This document shows positions 47,682 through 60,900 of a stretch of DNA of 64,000 bases, in pieces (position 1 is the stretch's first letter; the number at the start of each line of letters is the position of its first letter). Source of the DNA: Dimorphilus gyrociliatus (taxonomy: Eukaryota > Animalia > Annelida). The stretch covers positions 1,426,001 to 1,490,000 of the forward strand of contig CAJFCJ010000012.1 in assembly GCA_904063045.1 (NCBI GenBank). Direction: 5' to 3'. Made by a program: the position numbers and the translations under genes. The notes under the pieces are model-generated. The model saw only the letters and a program-made list of their open reading frames with translations, was not told where the DNA came from and ran no database searches.

Positions 47682-49660
47682 CTTTTATGATAATTGTTTA
47701 TCTACATGAGCAATTAAAACTATTTTTACTTATCTTTAACTACATTTTTAACTCGCGTTTTTTTTTCTTTTTTTAATAAAAAAGCAAATAAGACTTTTTG
47801 GGTTGGACGTATTTTTTTACAGTAATTTATAACAAACATTTGCCAAAAATACAAGGTAACAGCCGGCAAAGGTCATTTTATTTTACGCTTTATGCAGGCA
47901 CTCTATAACCTTTTTTTCTCTTCTAATATACTTTTCACTTACTAAATACATTGGGCGCATTACTTCATGCTTGTCAAAAATATTCGTTCCGTCGAGTGCC
48001 GATCAAGCTAAGAGTTGTATCAATAGCAAATTCACGCGGGAAGTTCATTTCGTATAAATTTCTCATCAATTAAAATGGCAACGTTTAATTGATTCAAAAC
48101 TAATAATAGGGTAAGCTATTCGATAGTTTTTTGAATGAAATACAAAATATTTCCCAAGAGTGAAATTTTATAATAAAAAAAAGAGAGAAAAATAGTCTTT
48201 TTAAGTTATCAGCGAAAACTTTACGTCTAGATCATCTTTTTGATGTAGTTTCTCTAAATTTTTCTCCTAGAGTCACGTACCAATCATAAATTAGATACAA
48301 AGGAAGAAAACAATCTATAAGTCACGCTTGCCCATTAAATGAGATTTTTCACCGTGAAAAAAAAAAGCCTGATTTAAACTCGCTTAGCGGGAATACTTTG
48401 TACTCTTTGATTTAGCTGCGACATCGATAACGATTGAGCTCTCACCCTCACGACAAGACCTACTATTGGATGCAAAACAGGCAATATGAATTATAATATA
48501 AACTAATATTGCTGCTTTATACTACGTAATTACAAATTTCTTTTAAGTTTATCTCTTATTATTGTTGTCACAGTTGTCTGTTTCTACAGCCACGGTACTT
48601 ATATTAATATAACAATATATACTATTATTTGATTGTAAAACTGTCGTGATAACTACATTTTTCTCTTTCATGAGAAAAGTTCTTTTATAAAAAGGGAATA
48701 TCTCATCCTCGTGCAACAGTATTACAATTTGCGAAATCAACCACACATTACGCTTGAAGCTTTTAACGATTGACGAATAATTCTAGCACTAAATTTTCAA
48801 TATATTTCTAATGTATATATATAGATCACTTTAAAACATTTAAGTATGTGTTTGTACTTGTTTAATTTATGTTAATACTCTTTCCAAAAATTTTCTTTCA
48901 TCTACTTTACTTTTTACTATAGTTAACGTTAGTTAATAATCTCACTTCGTTGTTGATTAGATATTCTGGTTTTAAATATCTCAAAGTGAAACTATCACCA
49001 ACTGATCAGATACTATACTCCTTTGATGAAGACCATTAATTTAGAGACAAGTTTTAAAAGAGTATATAGATAATTAGGAACATTTCGGAAACACTCTAAA
49101 AGCTATGAAATATATATATATTTTTGATGAGACAGCATAAATGATAATTAAGTAAGTATTTAATATAAAATGATTATAGAGTATATTTATTATAAATGAA
49201 CTGAGTTATAGAAAAAAGGTAAAGGGAGGGGGAGTTTGGCTTGGCAAAGCGTCCTTGACCTTACGTATAGTCGGGTAAATAATTTTCCGAACTGTTATTT
49301 CATCGATTAAAAAAAACATACCGAAATTATCGAAAGAAGTGTTTGGTATAAAAATTATCATATTTTTAAAACATAAGGAAAAAAATTGAGGGTAAATTTT
49401 TTCTTGATAATTCGGTATTTATAAGAAACCCCACATACAACATTACGACTCTGCAGCTAGGCGGAAACGATGCAGCAGCAACCGCAGCCACAACAGCAGC
49501 ACTACGAAACAAGCAGCGTCGTCTAATGTTCGATGTCCGTCCACTGCAATCCAATCTGTTTTTCGAACTTCTCTGTTAATGAAATTTGGCGAATAACTGA
49601 TAAGGATTGTAGGAAAATATTTAAGGTAGATAACCCAGCGAAAACCCTCCTCTAGGAAAA

Positions 49661-52600
49661 ATGTATCTCTGGTGGGAAGAGGGAGCCGTTCGTCGAAGCG
49701 ATTGTGTCGTTCATAGTGTATCATGGATGGGTCGTGTGCCAGACAGCGTTCAATCGGATGGCGAAGGATGGGAAATAGACGAGAATCAGTATTATACACA
49801 GGGCTGGTTAGCTACCGGTAATGCTAACGGCATGATTGGTGTAACATTTACTGAAACCGGCAACTCTTCCAATGCTTTTGATACACCAAATAGAACAAAT
49901 TTCAATCTCCGTGGACATAGACATGAGGTTTGTTTTAATTTTTTCATTTCAAGTTCTCAGTATCATATTTTCAATGGTATGCGACGCCTATTATGAATAT
50001 TTGAAGTCAATTTATATCAACTTGGTATAATTGAGTATGCTTGTCTTCTTCTAGTTTTTTTTTACCTAATCTTGTTTCCTTTCGCTTCGCGCTCTCATCG
50101 ATTATCCCGATACTTGGAACAGCACGAAAAAAGTGATGAGTTTAAGAGAAGTCGAGTACGAGAGCTTGATATGTATCGATTAGGCAAATTGCTAGCAGGG
50201 TCTTGGTAGAAAAAAATCGATTTTGTCAGTGCATTCGTTTCTATCTAGTCAGAGTGGGAGATAAGCGGCTTTTGGTTATGTCCATTTCACCGTTTTCCCT
50301 CCCGCATTCCAATTGTAATACCCAATTGGAAACGACCAGCATCTTCTCTCTGCATTTCATAATTACTGGTTTTGTTGTCAATACAGCTAATTTTGAAACG
50401 ATGACTTCTTTTGCTTAATTCCCTAGTCACGTCTCTACTTATAGTTTGTCAGCCGCTACTCCTTTCCCTGTGCGCTATCACTTCTGTGGTTGTTTAGAAA
50501 TACACAGGCATATATCGTTTGTCAATCCTTCTCCAATCGATTGGTAAATGCTAAATGAATGTTTTACTGAAATGACGCCGTTGGCAACTTTAGTTGGGTA
50601 CTTAAAAATAGAATTCGATTATTAGAAGTTCCTTTGTTCTGTTAGGTGGCTAAAAAAATCAGAAAAAAACGTGCTTGTAGGTTTGTTTTCCTTTCGGCTC
50701 GCTTTACAGACGGACGTTGACTGTTCTGCAAACGACCGATCTTATCGAATGAACGATGCGAAATATCGAGCGTTTGGTCGTCACTAGAATAAAAAAAGCT
50801 TATCGATCGGCTTTATCCCGTGTAAATATTAATATTTTTCCTTCCTCCTTTAGGTAACCCTCGTCCGATGGAATGAACCATTTCAGAAGCTTGCCACTTG
50901 TGATGTCACTGGCGTCATCTTTGTTTGGATACGGCATGAGGGACGTTGGTCGATTGAATTAATTAATGATCGGAGTTGTGCAGTAACTGATTTAACCTGG
51001 TCGCACGACGGCCGTATGGCTTTAATTACTTATAGGTTTGACAGAGAGCTTTATTGTGCGAACTATATTTAATTAAGATTTGCTTTTCATTTAGAGACGG
51101 CTTTGTGCTTGTTGGTAGCGTTACTGGTCAACGCTACTGGTCTAATACTCTCCCGCTGGATGGGGCGGTTATTACTTGCAGCTGTTGGAGTCCAGACGAT
51201 CAAAGAGTGTTGCTGGCGACTTCGAATGGGGTTGTTTTGGCTCTTACGGCCAGCGGAATTGCTTTGGGACAGATATCCACCTTGGGAGATGGAACAGAAA
51301 TCACACATTTATCATGGTCTTGTGAAAAATTTGTCTTGAAAGATTCTTCCAGCTCATCTGCTAGCAGTTCAGGGACTGATGTCATAAATCCACCTTCATC
51401 AAGAACTCACGTATTAGCCATTGTTTTTAAAAATGGTGCAATTCATTTAACCAAAGATCAAACTGACGCTACTTGGGCAAAAATTGTACGGACACTGTTT
51501 AGTGGAGTACAAGTTGATTGGTCACATGATGGAGAAATTCTTGCGGTAGCTGGATATACTCGTTTGGTTAATTTAGAATGCCAAAGTCAGGTTAGACTCT
51601 ATTCAAAAGAAGGTGTTTTACAAGTTTTTGTTCCTCTTCCAAATCAACCTGGCAAACCAGTTACCTGCGTATCTTGGGCACATTGTGATAGGCGGTTGCT
51701 AGTTGCAGCTGGATGTCATGTTCATACTGCTTGGGTTTTACCAGAACCACCTAAACTGCAGACATTCTGCTGTCGTTCTCTGCAAAAAAGCGTTCAACAA
51801 GAGAAAGATATTGCTAAATTACCGATTCCGGAATCACTACAAAAGAATGTTAGGGTATTTTTTTCTCCAACAATTCGAGGGTATATACCTGATGCTTGTC
51901 GAATACGTCAATTTGTTTGTACACCCCCACCGGCTGACGAACGTCTTTATTGTACAATGTTACGAGTTAATTCCACCGCTGAAGATGATGAACATTATAT
52001 GCTATATGTTGAATATATGGGTGGCTTAGTGCCGTTACTTAAGGGTAAACGTGTTTCTAAACTACGACCTGAATTTACTATTTACGATCCAAAGTCTCAA
52101 ACTAGTTCAGACGAATGCGAAGACGTATACAGCTCGCCAGCAAGGCGAAAACGATCAAAGAAAAGGAATATGGTACTTGTAAACAGCGAGGTTTTATATG
52201 ACGATAACCTACCAGAGCGTAATCGAATGGTACATATCACTTCAAATCTGTGGGGAACAAGATTTAAAATTCATGGTCTCGCACATTTTCTACCGGCTCA
52301 ATTGGCTTCCGTCACTTACAAAACATCTGTTCTACACCTTCAACCTCGCCAAATGACTATAAACTTGATAGAATTAAGTCGAGGTGACTTGAAATTTGAT
52401 TACGGGAAAAGAGATGTTAGTTGGAGTGAGAGCGATGACGAAAAAACGCCTGTCTCAACAGGACCTCTTCCACCTATTCAACCCGTTAAAGATGCACCTA
52501 TATCACCCGAACCCCCAGTGGCGCCGCCACTTCTTTTAGCACCCAACGATATCGACCCATCAGCAGTTTTGTCAATGGCTGCACATCGCCTCATGTCTAG

Positions 52601-53351
52601 CGACCTTCAATACATAGATGACGATTCGATAGAAGATTCAAACGAAGAGAAAAGGATAGTTCTAACACCGTCTTCACAAAAGAAAATTGATTTTGCTCTT
52701 GATTCGTCAAATTCTAATACACCAACCATTAATTCACGTCCACAAACACCAAATGCGACGCCTAGACGGCGAAAATTACGACATTTACTGCATTGCGGTA
52801 GTCTGGAACAATTGCAATCTCCATCTGAAGTTGGTCCAACTTCAATTTTATGTTCCGCTCCTCCATCCCTTCACGGTTCCCCTGTTAAGAGAGCCGTCGC
52901 TCGTCTAGCATCCCCACTCTTGGGCGTCAGACGGAGACATAATCGGCAAGGGGATAGTTCAGATGAAGAGGCTGGTGACTATAAGGACTTGGAATCTTGG
53001 CAAAAGGCTCGTTTACATAGGAAACTGCGACGTTCAAGGGGTCATAGTTGCTCCAGGTTACATTCCGTAGCGCCGGCGGTTGGCGGTTCTTTGCAACAGA
53101 ATCAACAGTGTCTAGTCATGCATAATAAAGCTCCGTTATGGAACGAAAATTCTCACGTATATCAATTGGATTTTGGTGGAAGGGTGACTCAGGAAAGTGC
53201 AAAAAATTTCCAAATTGAACTCCGTGGAAAGCAGGTCATGCAATTTGGACGAATTGACACAAACGCATACACCCTTGACTTCGAACGACCCTTCTCTGCC
53301 TGTCAAGCATTTGCAGTCGCCCTCGCCAACATCACTCAACGCCTGAAGTAA
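49661..53351 (+). CDS. TULP4: Tubby-related protein 4 (WD40, SOCS box, C-terminal tubby domain); exons 49661-49927, 50854-51035, 51095-53351
   Basis: Contains GWLATGN, NFNLRGH, VRWNEPFQKLATCD, RDGFVLVGSVTGQRYWS, SOCS box LQTFCCRSL, EYMGGLVPLLKGKRVSKLRPEF and HNKAPLWNENSHVYQLDFGGRVTQESAKNFQIE. Confidence 0.96.
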
Positions 53352-53714
53352 TGAAGTCGTGTATTAAGATCTACTCAGGATTTTTTTGCAAGCTTTTATC
53401 TAGTCAAAGCTGATATTCAAAATTTTTACATGATATCATCTCAACCTGTAGAAAAGTCTAGACGAATACTTTTTTCCTGTTGTAGTCTTTTAGATTAGAA
53501 CTAGTCGTCCAATATTTATTTATTTCTTTTTTTAACAACTGTACAAACTATATTGGGATTTTATAAACTTTTAGTCTTCGCCCTATAACTGCCTAAAATG
53601 AGTTATTAAAGCTAAATAAATGAAATTGACAAATCAAAAACTGGCGCCTAATTACGATATTAAAAGAGTTTTGAATCAAAAAGTATTCAGCTGCGCGGAC
53701 ACTGCCAAGCGAAA

Positions 53715-56320
53715 ATGTCTTTTTTCGTTGATACTGTAATTGCTCTATTCTTTGCTATTATCTCTTATAATAAAAACTATTTGTAACTCGTAAAGATCTT
53801 CGCTTAGAATGCAATTTATATTCAGAACGAATAATAGCAGTTTTTTGCTGTGTTTCACACAAATCAGAAAGTATTTTCTTATTTTCGTTTGTTACGTTAT
53901 TTTCGCAGGTCGATGATGCAGAGTGGAATTCGTCGGAAATAAAAAATAAAATAAAAGGTGGGGATCTTTTCAATGATGATGATCCTACAGGAGAAGTAGG
54001 TGGTTGAATTCGAAAAATTTCCAATTCTTTAAAATTACTTTTTTTTACGATTTTAGGGTTTGCGCTTGACATTTCCTGATAATAGCAGGGAATATAAAGG
54101 TTAGTTTTTCTTGACAATCATAGCTTTTGAATTGAATGAATGTCTGAATTATTTAAAGCTTATGTTCTCTATTGCTTAAAATCTTCAATTAAACAAAAAA
54201 AAACAAATAACCAGCTACTAATTGTTAATATGTGCTGCCCAGATGTCGATTTACACTGGGAATCTTCTAATTATACTGAAAGCTCGGCTTTAACTCCCAA
54301 ACCTGCTCTTTCTGCTAGAACACGCCCTAATAAAGGTTGCATGATGTTTCGATTGATCTATATTTATGAGATATTTTGCCCTTTGCAGACACAGAGAGAT
54401 ATGGAATCTCACCAGGTTGTTTTACCTCAGAATTGTTTAAAATTTATAAAGGCTATTTACCAAATCGCTTGAATTTTTAAACAGCAATTACTACATTATC
54501 TGATCAATCTACTCACTCAATGTCCTTGGCACAGTCGTCTCTCATAGAAGCAGAGAATAGAAATAAAAATCAAAAATTAACTATGGAAAGTAGATTGATG
54601 AGCCCTCCTCCATCAAAAATATCCGAGACAATTCTCAACATGTTTAGTGGAAAAACATATTTACTAGAAACTTATAGATCGTTAAATGATAAGTTAGAAT
54701 TAATAAGACATGCAATAAGATCAAAGGATTCAAATATAATAACTGCAACAACGTTACACTTTAAAAAGACGGTCCTACGGGAAATTTTTATGAAACATAT
54801 CGTTGATTTAGAATTCAATGACGCTTTGAATCACTATATAAGTTATTTAAAGCAAAAGGAAAAAAGGGAATTAATAACTTTTTACGACGAGTTGGAAAAT
54901 CATCATCCAGACAGTGCAAGGGTTGCCGAGTTTCGCAACGAAAAGCATATATTAGTCTATCAGTTAATGCATAAAAAAGAATAGTAAGAGTTTCATTATA
55001 AAATCGATAATGTATTATAGGTCTCGTAAATTTCATTAATAGCCCAGAATACCGAAATCCCGATGCTCTCTCTAAGATTTTCAATCATAATCGGCATTAC
55101 AGAGACCTATTCCAGAATTATCAGAGGTTTGGAGAGGATTCTAGGAAATTGGTATATTATACTTTATGATAAAGAACCGTCTAGCATTCCCTTTTCTCTC
55201 TCTTTCTCTTCGTAAATACATATATATTTTTATTTATAATTATAGCATGAAATTTATCCCGAGAGACGTTCCTTCGCAATTGAAAAAGACAGTGTTATCG
55301 GTTTGTTACACTGGTTGTGCTTGAATCATTGGGATGCAAAAAGATATGTATGTCTAAATTGCTTTAATTTTAACTTAATAAACTTTAAAGGTATATTATA
55401 ATATTACCAAAACAGGGACAGAATACTTACGATCACGATTTCTTCCGAAAAATTTATAATGTATTTCTTATAAATATTCTGCGAATTTTCTTCTTTTTAG
55501 CTCTTAAAAATATTTCTTTAAACAGATTATAGACAAGCATTACATCATGACAGCTGTTAGGGCTCTTGCTGAAAGGGGCCAATTTGAAGTTATAAAAAGC
55601 CTGTTTATAAAAAAGGTTCACCTTATAATACTTGGAAATTAATCTTAGTAAAAACTCATATATCATTTTTTTTTACTTTCTTTTTTTAGTCATTTCTTCG
55701 AGGAGAAAGAGTACTTTCGAAATTGCATGATTGGGACATTGCTAATGTGTGCATTATGATTAAAATGAATTGCCCACAAGTCACGGAGAGGGTAATACTT
55801 GATTAGATATTTCTTTTAGTTTTTTTCATTGTCTTTCTTTTTATTCTTTTTCACCTCATTTCTTCTTTCCGCCTCCTATCACTTCTCATACTCTTTCGTT
55901 TTAATTAATTTGGTACAGCTAATTTTTATTTTATAGGTTTTACAACCATTTTTAGAAGCTGTAACTCCAGTTTCTAATTTATTATATATTGCGGAGAGAT
56001 TACACTGTCCTGCAGTTATCATTAAGGTTTGTTTTTATTGTTATTGTTAATTGAAATTACAGTGTTCGGTTATTTTGAGAGTATTAATGAATTATTGTGT
56101 TTGATAGACTCTAGTCGAAAAGAAGAAAGATTATGAAGCCTTAAGAAGATACTCTGCCACCCTCAGACATGGTACACCAGAGAAGTTTTTAGCCAAACAA
56201 TATTTGGATAACGTTAGTATTTCATTATTCATTTATCATAAAGCGTTACTAAATTTACATTCATTTCCTTATCCTCCTCCCTCGTCTTCTCTTCTTACAT
56301 AGCCGAACGAATGGAAATAG
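53715..56320 (+). CDS. VIPAS39: VIPAS39/SPE-39 (VPS16B), VPS33B partner, divergent, about 13 exons
   Basis: Exon at 53909 DDAEWNSS...LFNDDD resembles the human N-terminus DEEEYWNSS. Also LETYRSLNDKLELIRHAIRSKDSNIITA and DKHYIMTAVRALAERG; last exon PNEWK* at 56303-56320. The first exon 53715-53735 is tentative. Confidence 0.82.
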
Positions 56321-57832
56321 ATAATTAAGTAAAAAAATATTAGTATAAAACTGAATTGTTACAAGTCCACGCTGACGAATCACAGTGATATTAGAAGGTA
56401 TTACGGAGAGAAAATTCTAAGGATTATAATCATTTAAAGTAAAAACATTCCATACAACATTCCTCTGATTCTATCTTCTTATGCATTAATTAATAGTGTT
56501 ATTTATTCAATAATTTCTAATATTCTATTTACAAAAAATTATCATATAAATAAACCTAGAAACTATATTTATAAATAGAATCTGTCAAATGATGTAAATG
56601 TTTCTCTAATTTGTATGCATGATGCGTTACTTCATATATTCGGAAAGGTTTTTGGAACGTACGATCGTTGGCTACTTTCTCTATTTCTTCCAATTTCTTT
56701 TATTGGTGCTTGTTATAGTATTAAGGGGGAGATTTTCTTGAAAAATAGTTCGCAAATAGGTTTAGAAGATAAATTTAATTTTAAATCCTTCTAATCATCC
56801 AAAAAGTCAATGATTCCATAAGGGAATATATAGGAAAAGAGTAATATATATTTCTGTTTTCTCTTTCGTATATTAAACACGTTTTGTTTATTGGAACAAA
56901 GATGAAAATGAATATGTGAAATAGCGTGTATAATAAAGATAAATATGAAATTTGTATAGTTAAAGTGTATCTGTCTATAAATGAAGAAGATATTTTGATG
57001 CTTTCATTTCGTCTTGTATGCGTGAATTGTTAGCCTTATGAAAATTTTATAATGTTGACTATATAAATTGGACGATATTTCTACAGTAATTAAATATAAT
57101 TAAGCATAATTCAATGTCGATCTTATATTAATTGAACATGCGGGAGGTATATTGATATTTATCAATTGTTATTTAATGTTTTTTCCCTCTTTCTAGAGTG
57201 TACTTTTACCCCAGTTTTCATTATTAATTATTAACCTCTTTACTACTTTTTCTTTTAAAGTTCCCCCTATTTATATTTAGAATTTATAATCAAGGCCTAA
57301 AAATTAATCGCGCAAGCGCAATAGTTAAAAGAGGAAGTCACGTGCCGTAACAACGGTATCTAAGGTCATCATTTCGAGTTTGCCGAAAGGCTATCTTCTC
57401 AATAGCAATTAAATTAAGGTTTGCTTTTTATTAGTTTTATTTAAATCATAGAAGATAAATAATTTACATCAGATTTTTATTAAAATCAAATAAAAAAGTT
57501 ATTTATTCAATATGAAAATTATTAAAAATTTCACTAAAGAAAAATATATATTGTATATAAGTGTATAGTTTTAATAGCATTATGGTATTTAAAATCATTA
57601 ATAAGTAGTTTTTATTTTTTAAATTAAGCTTAAGATGAATTTTGATAAATATTCTAAATATAGAGAAGAAAATAATAGATATCAGCTCTCCAATGGAGAG
57701 TAATCAGAGAAGGAGAGATTTAAAAAATATTAAAACTAATACTTAGTTATACTAATATACTAGCAAATATAGAAAGAAGTATATTATGGTACAGCCAATC
57801 TAGATTAAAATCTATAAATAAACTATGTCTCT

Positions 57833-57851
57833 TCTCTCTCTCTCTCTCTCT
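57833..57851. repeat. (CT)n microsatellite just upstream of the NME8-like ATG
   Basis: Read directly. Confidence 0.8.
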
Positions 57852-57903
57852 GTCTATTTTCCTCTTTTTCTCTCTATATCTTATTCCTCCTCTTGTTTAA
57901 GAG

Positions 57904-60900
57904 ATGGCAAGAAAGAAGCAGGAAGTTGCTTTACAGAACGAGATTGAATCGCAGGAAGAATGGGAAGAGGCTCTCGCCAAAGAGGGCTTAACAAGTGATA
58001 TATACTTTTCTATCAACTTAATAAATCACTTATTTTTCTAAATGATCATTTGCATCTACAGTCATAGACGTCTATCAGGAGTGGTGCGGTCCATGCAAAT
58101 CCGTTGTAGCCCTATTTAGACGTATAAAGAATGAAACTGGAGATGATTTGTTACATTTCTCAACAGTTCGTAACTTTTTTCTTAAACAATACTAGAACCT
58201 GTTCAGAGTTCATGATTTATTATAAAAATAGGCCAAATGTGATACTGTAGACGCTTTAGAGAAGTATCGAGGGAAATGTAAACCGTGCTTTCTGTTTTAT
58301 GCGGTAAGTTTATTAAGGAAAAGAAAGTCTCCAAAGAGGGAGCTACAACATCGATAACAACATAGATAAACTATCTTAACTTAGGAACTTGTTAATTTTT
58401 AGGGTGGAAGTCTAGTTAATGTTATACGAGGTACAAATGTTCCACTCTTGCAAAGGAATATTATGGAACAACGCGCGCAAGAAAGGAAAGTACTCGACGG
58501 AGAAGAAGAAAGAAAAGAGGTTTATTTTTACTTTTCGTATGTTTTTTCAATAATTTATATTTTTACCGTTAATTTTTTAGATTCGAGATCCGGAAATTGT
58601 ATATGACGAACCGGAAAGGGGCGAAGAGGACGAGGATGAGAGTGAAAAGGATGAGGAAATCGGTAAGAAATATTTTATATATATTTACATAGTAAAATTC
58701 TCTGTAAAAAAATATTATAAGAAGAAAAAAGTACCAATATCTCCATCTTGCATAAATTATATACTCTACCGATACAGATATCGTTTATCGTATGTATAAT
58801 TTATATAAAAGCAAACAAATATATTGTACCCTTTTCGATGATTGCTATAATTTCGCTTCATCACGTTTTATTACTATAAGACAAGGATAAAAAAAAAGAA
58901 AAGAATCAGATGGAAAGATAACTTTCAATTTCACTTTCTTACCTATCTAAACAAATATTTTTCTATTGTTTCCTATATGAACAAAAAAGAAGTGAAAGAC
59001 CATGACGAGCACGGCGATGAGCAAGATGTTGTTCGTCTCAATGGAGAGATTGTTTATTTCGATAGTTTTCCTCAAAAGATCAAGGAGGAAGGTATTGAAA
59101 TTAAAAAGAAAAAAGATAAAATTGAGCACCTACTTACTTTTCATTCAATCAATATTGCATTATATATAATACCAAAAGCAAACAGATGTTAATATTTTGC
59201 AAACAGAAAAATTGATCCCTTATGTTGTCATCTTCAAAGCAAACACCTCAAAAAAAAACAAACATAATAATTGCACTTCAATCTTTACGGATAAATTTTC
59301 CTCTTTCCACACCCTACCCAAACCCTGCTCACTTTTAAGAATAACAACTGTTTTATAGAGCTTATCAGCCTTCGCTTAATGGATTCCATTTACTTTTCAT
59401 ATTTTTTTTTCCTTATCATTAATTCTTTGAACGAAAATCAATGAAATTGGCGATTTTGTTTTCGAATTATATTTTACTTTAAAACCAAATTTCAAGTGAT
59501 TTTTATAATTATTACTTATAATTATTATTATTACTATTGTTACTATTATTAATATTATTATTATTATGATTATTAATTATCTTATCTGATCTAATATTAG
59601 TTTTCTTTTTGTTTCTTTTTTCGTTAATATTGAACAGAATCCATTCAAAAGGAAGTTACCGTAGCGATAATTAAACCTAATATTGTTGCTGCTGGACGGG
59701 TTAGTGAGATCATTAAAGAAATGCAGGAAGCGGGAATTGAGATACTGCAGGAGGAAGAGCGTCTTATCACAGAAGAAGAATGCAAAGAGTTCTATGAACA
59801 CAAGAAAGACGAAGTAAACGTATAATTAGAAAAGCTAATTAATATATTTATCATTAAATCTTTTTGCAGCCTTACTTTAATGATTTGGTAAAATATATGA
59901 CAGAAGGACCAAGCCATATATTAGTCATTAGCAAAGAAAATGAATCTGGAGAGGGTGTACTAGAGCAATGGCGCCACATGCTAGGACCTGCAAATGTTGA
60001 CGAGGCTAAAGAAGCGGCACCGGAGAGTCTTAGAGCTAAATATGGTGCTGATGGTTTTATGAATGCCTTACACGGTAGCGATAGCAAGGAGAGAGCTGTT
60101 CGAGAGTTAGCCTTCTTTTTCCCCAACTTCCATATTCCTACAACTAGTAGATCTGTTGGAGGAAAGCCTAAAATCCAGAGAACTATAGCTCTTATTAGAC
60201 CTGACGCTTATAATCAACGTAGAGGTTCAATCATGGATAAAATAACTGAAGCCGGCTTTAAAGTAGCCCTAAGCAAAGAAATCCAATTGTCCAAGGACCA
60301 AGCCGAAGATTTCTACAAAGAGCATAAAGAACAACCATATTACGAAGAATTAACAAATAGCATGTCAAAGGGACCTTTATTAGCCTTAGCCTTAGCCAGG
60401 GAAGATGCCGTAACTGGTTGGAGAGAGGCAATCGGTCCAACCGAAATTGATAAAGCAAAAGAAGAGGCACCAAATAGTCTCAGAGCGCAATTCTCAATTG
60501 AAGGCGTAGGAATCAATCAAATTCATGGTTCAGATAGTGTCGAGAAAGCTGAAGAGGAATTAGAATACTTTTTCCCATCGCAAAAGACCGTTGCTCTCAT
60601 TAAACCAGATGCTTATCAGACTAAGGATGAAATTATGGAAAAAATTAGGGAAGCTGGTTTTAGAATTGCCGCAAGGAAAGAAACAGAAATACCTAGGGAT
60701 CTTGCCGAGCAATTATATAAAGGTCAAGAGGGCAAAGACTTTTTCAACGATCTTGTTGATCATGTTACGAGTGGTCCTACTTTATGTTTGGTACTTAATA
60801 GAAATGACGCTGTGGAAGGATGGAGAGGACTCATGGGCCCTACAGATCCAACTGTTGCGAAGAGCGACGCTCCAAACTCAATTAGAGCCAATTTCGGTCA

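Noticed and set aside
53758-54117. 119-aa minus-strand ORF (MSRKTNLY...) as a separate gene
   Set aside because: It overlaps plus-strand VIPAS39 exons 53909-53995 and 54057-54099, which match the VIPAS39 N-terminus, so it is an antisense shadow.
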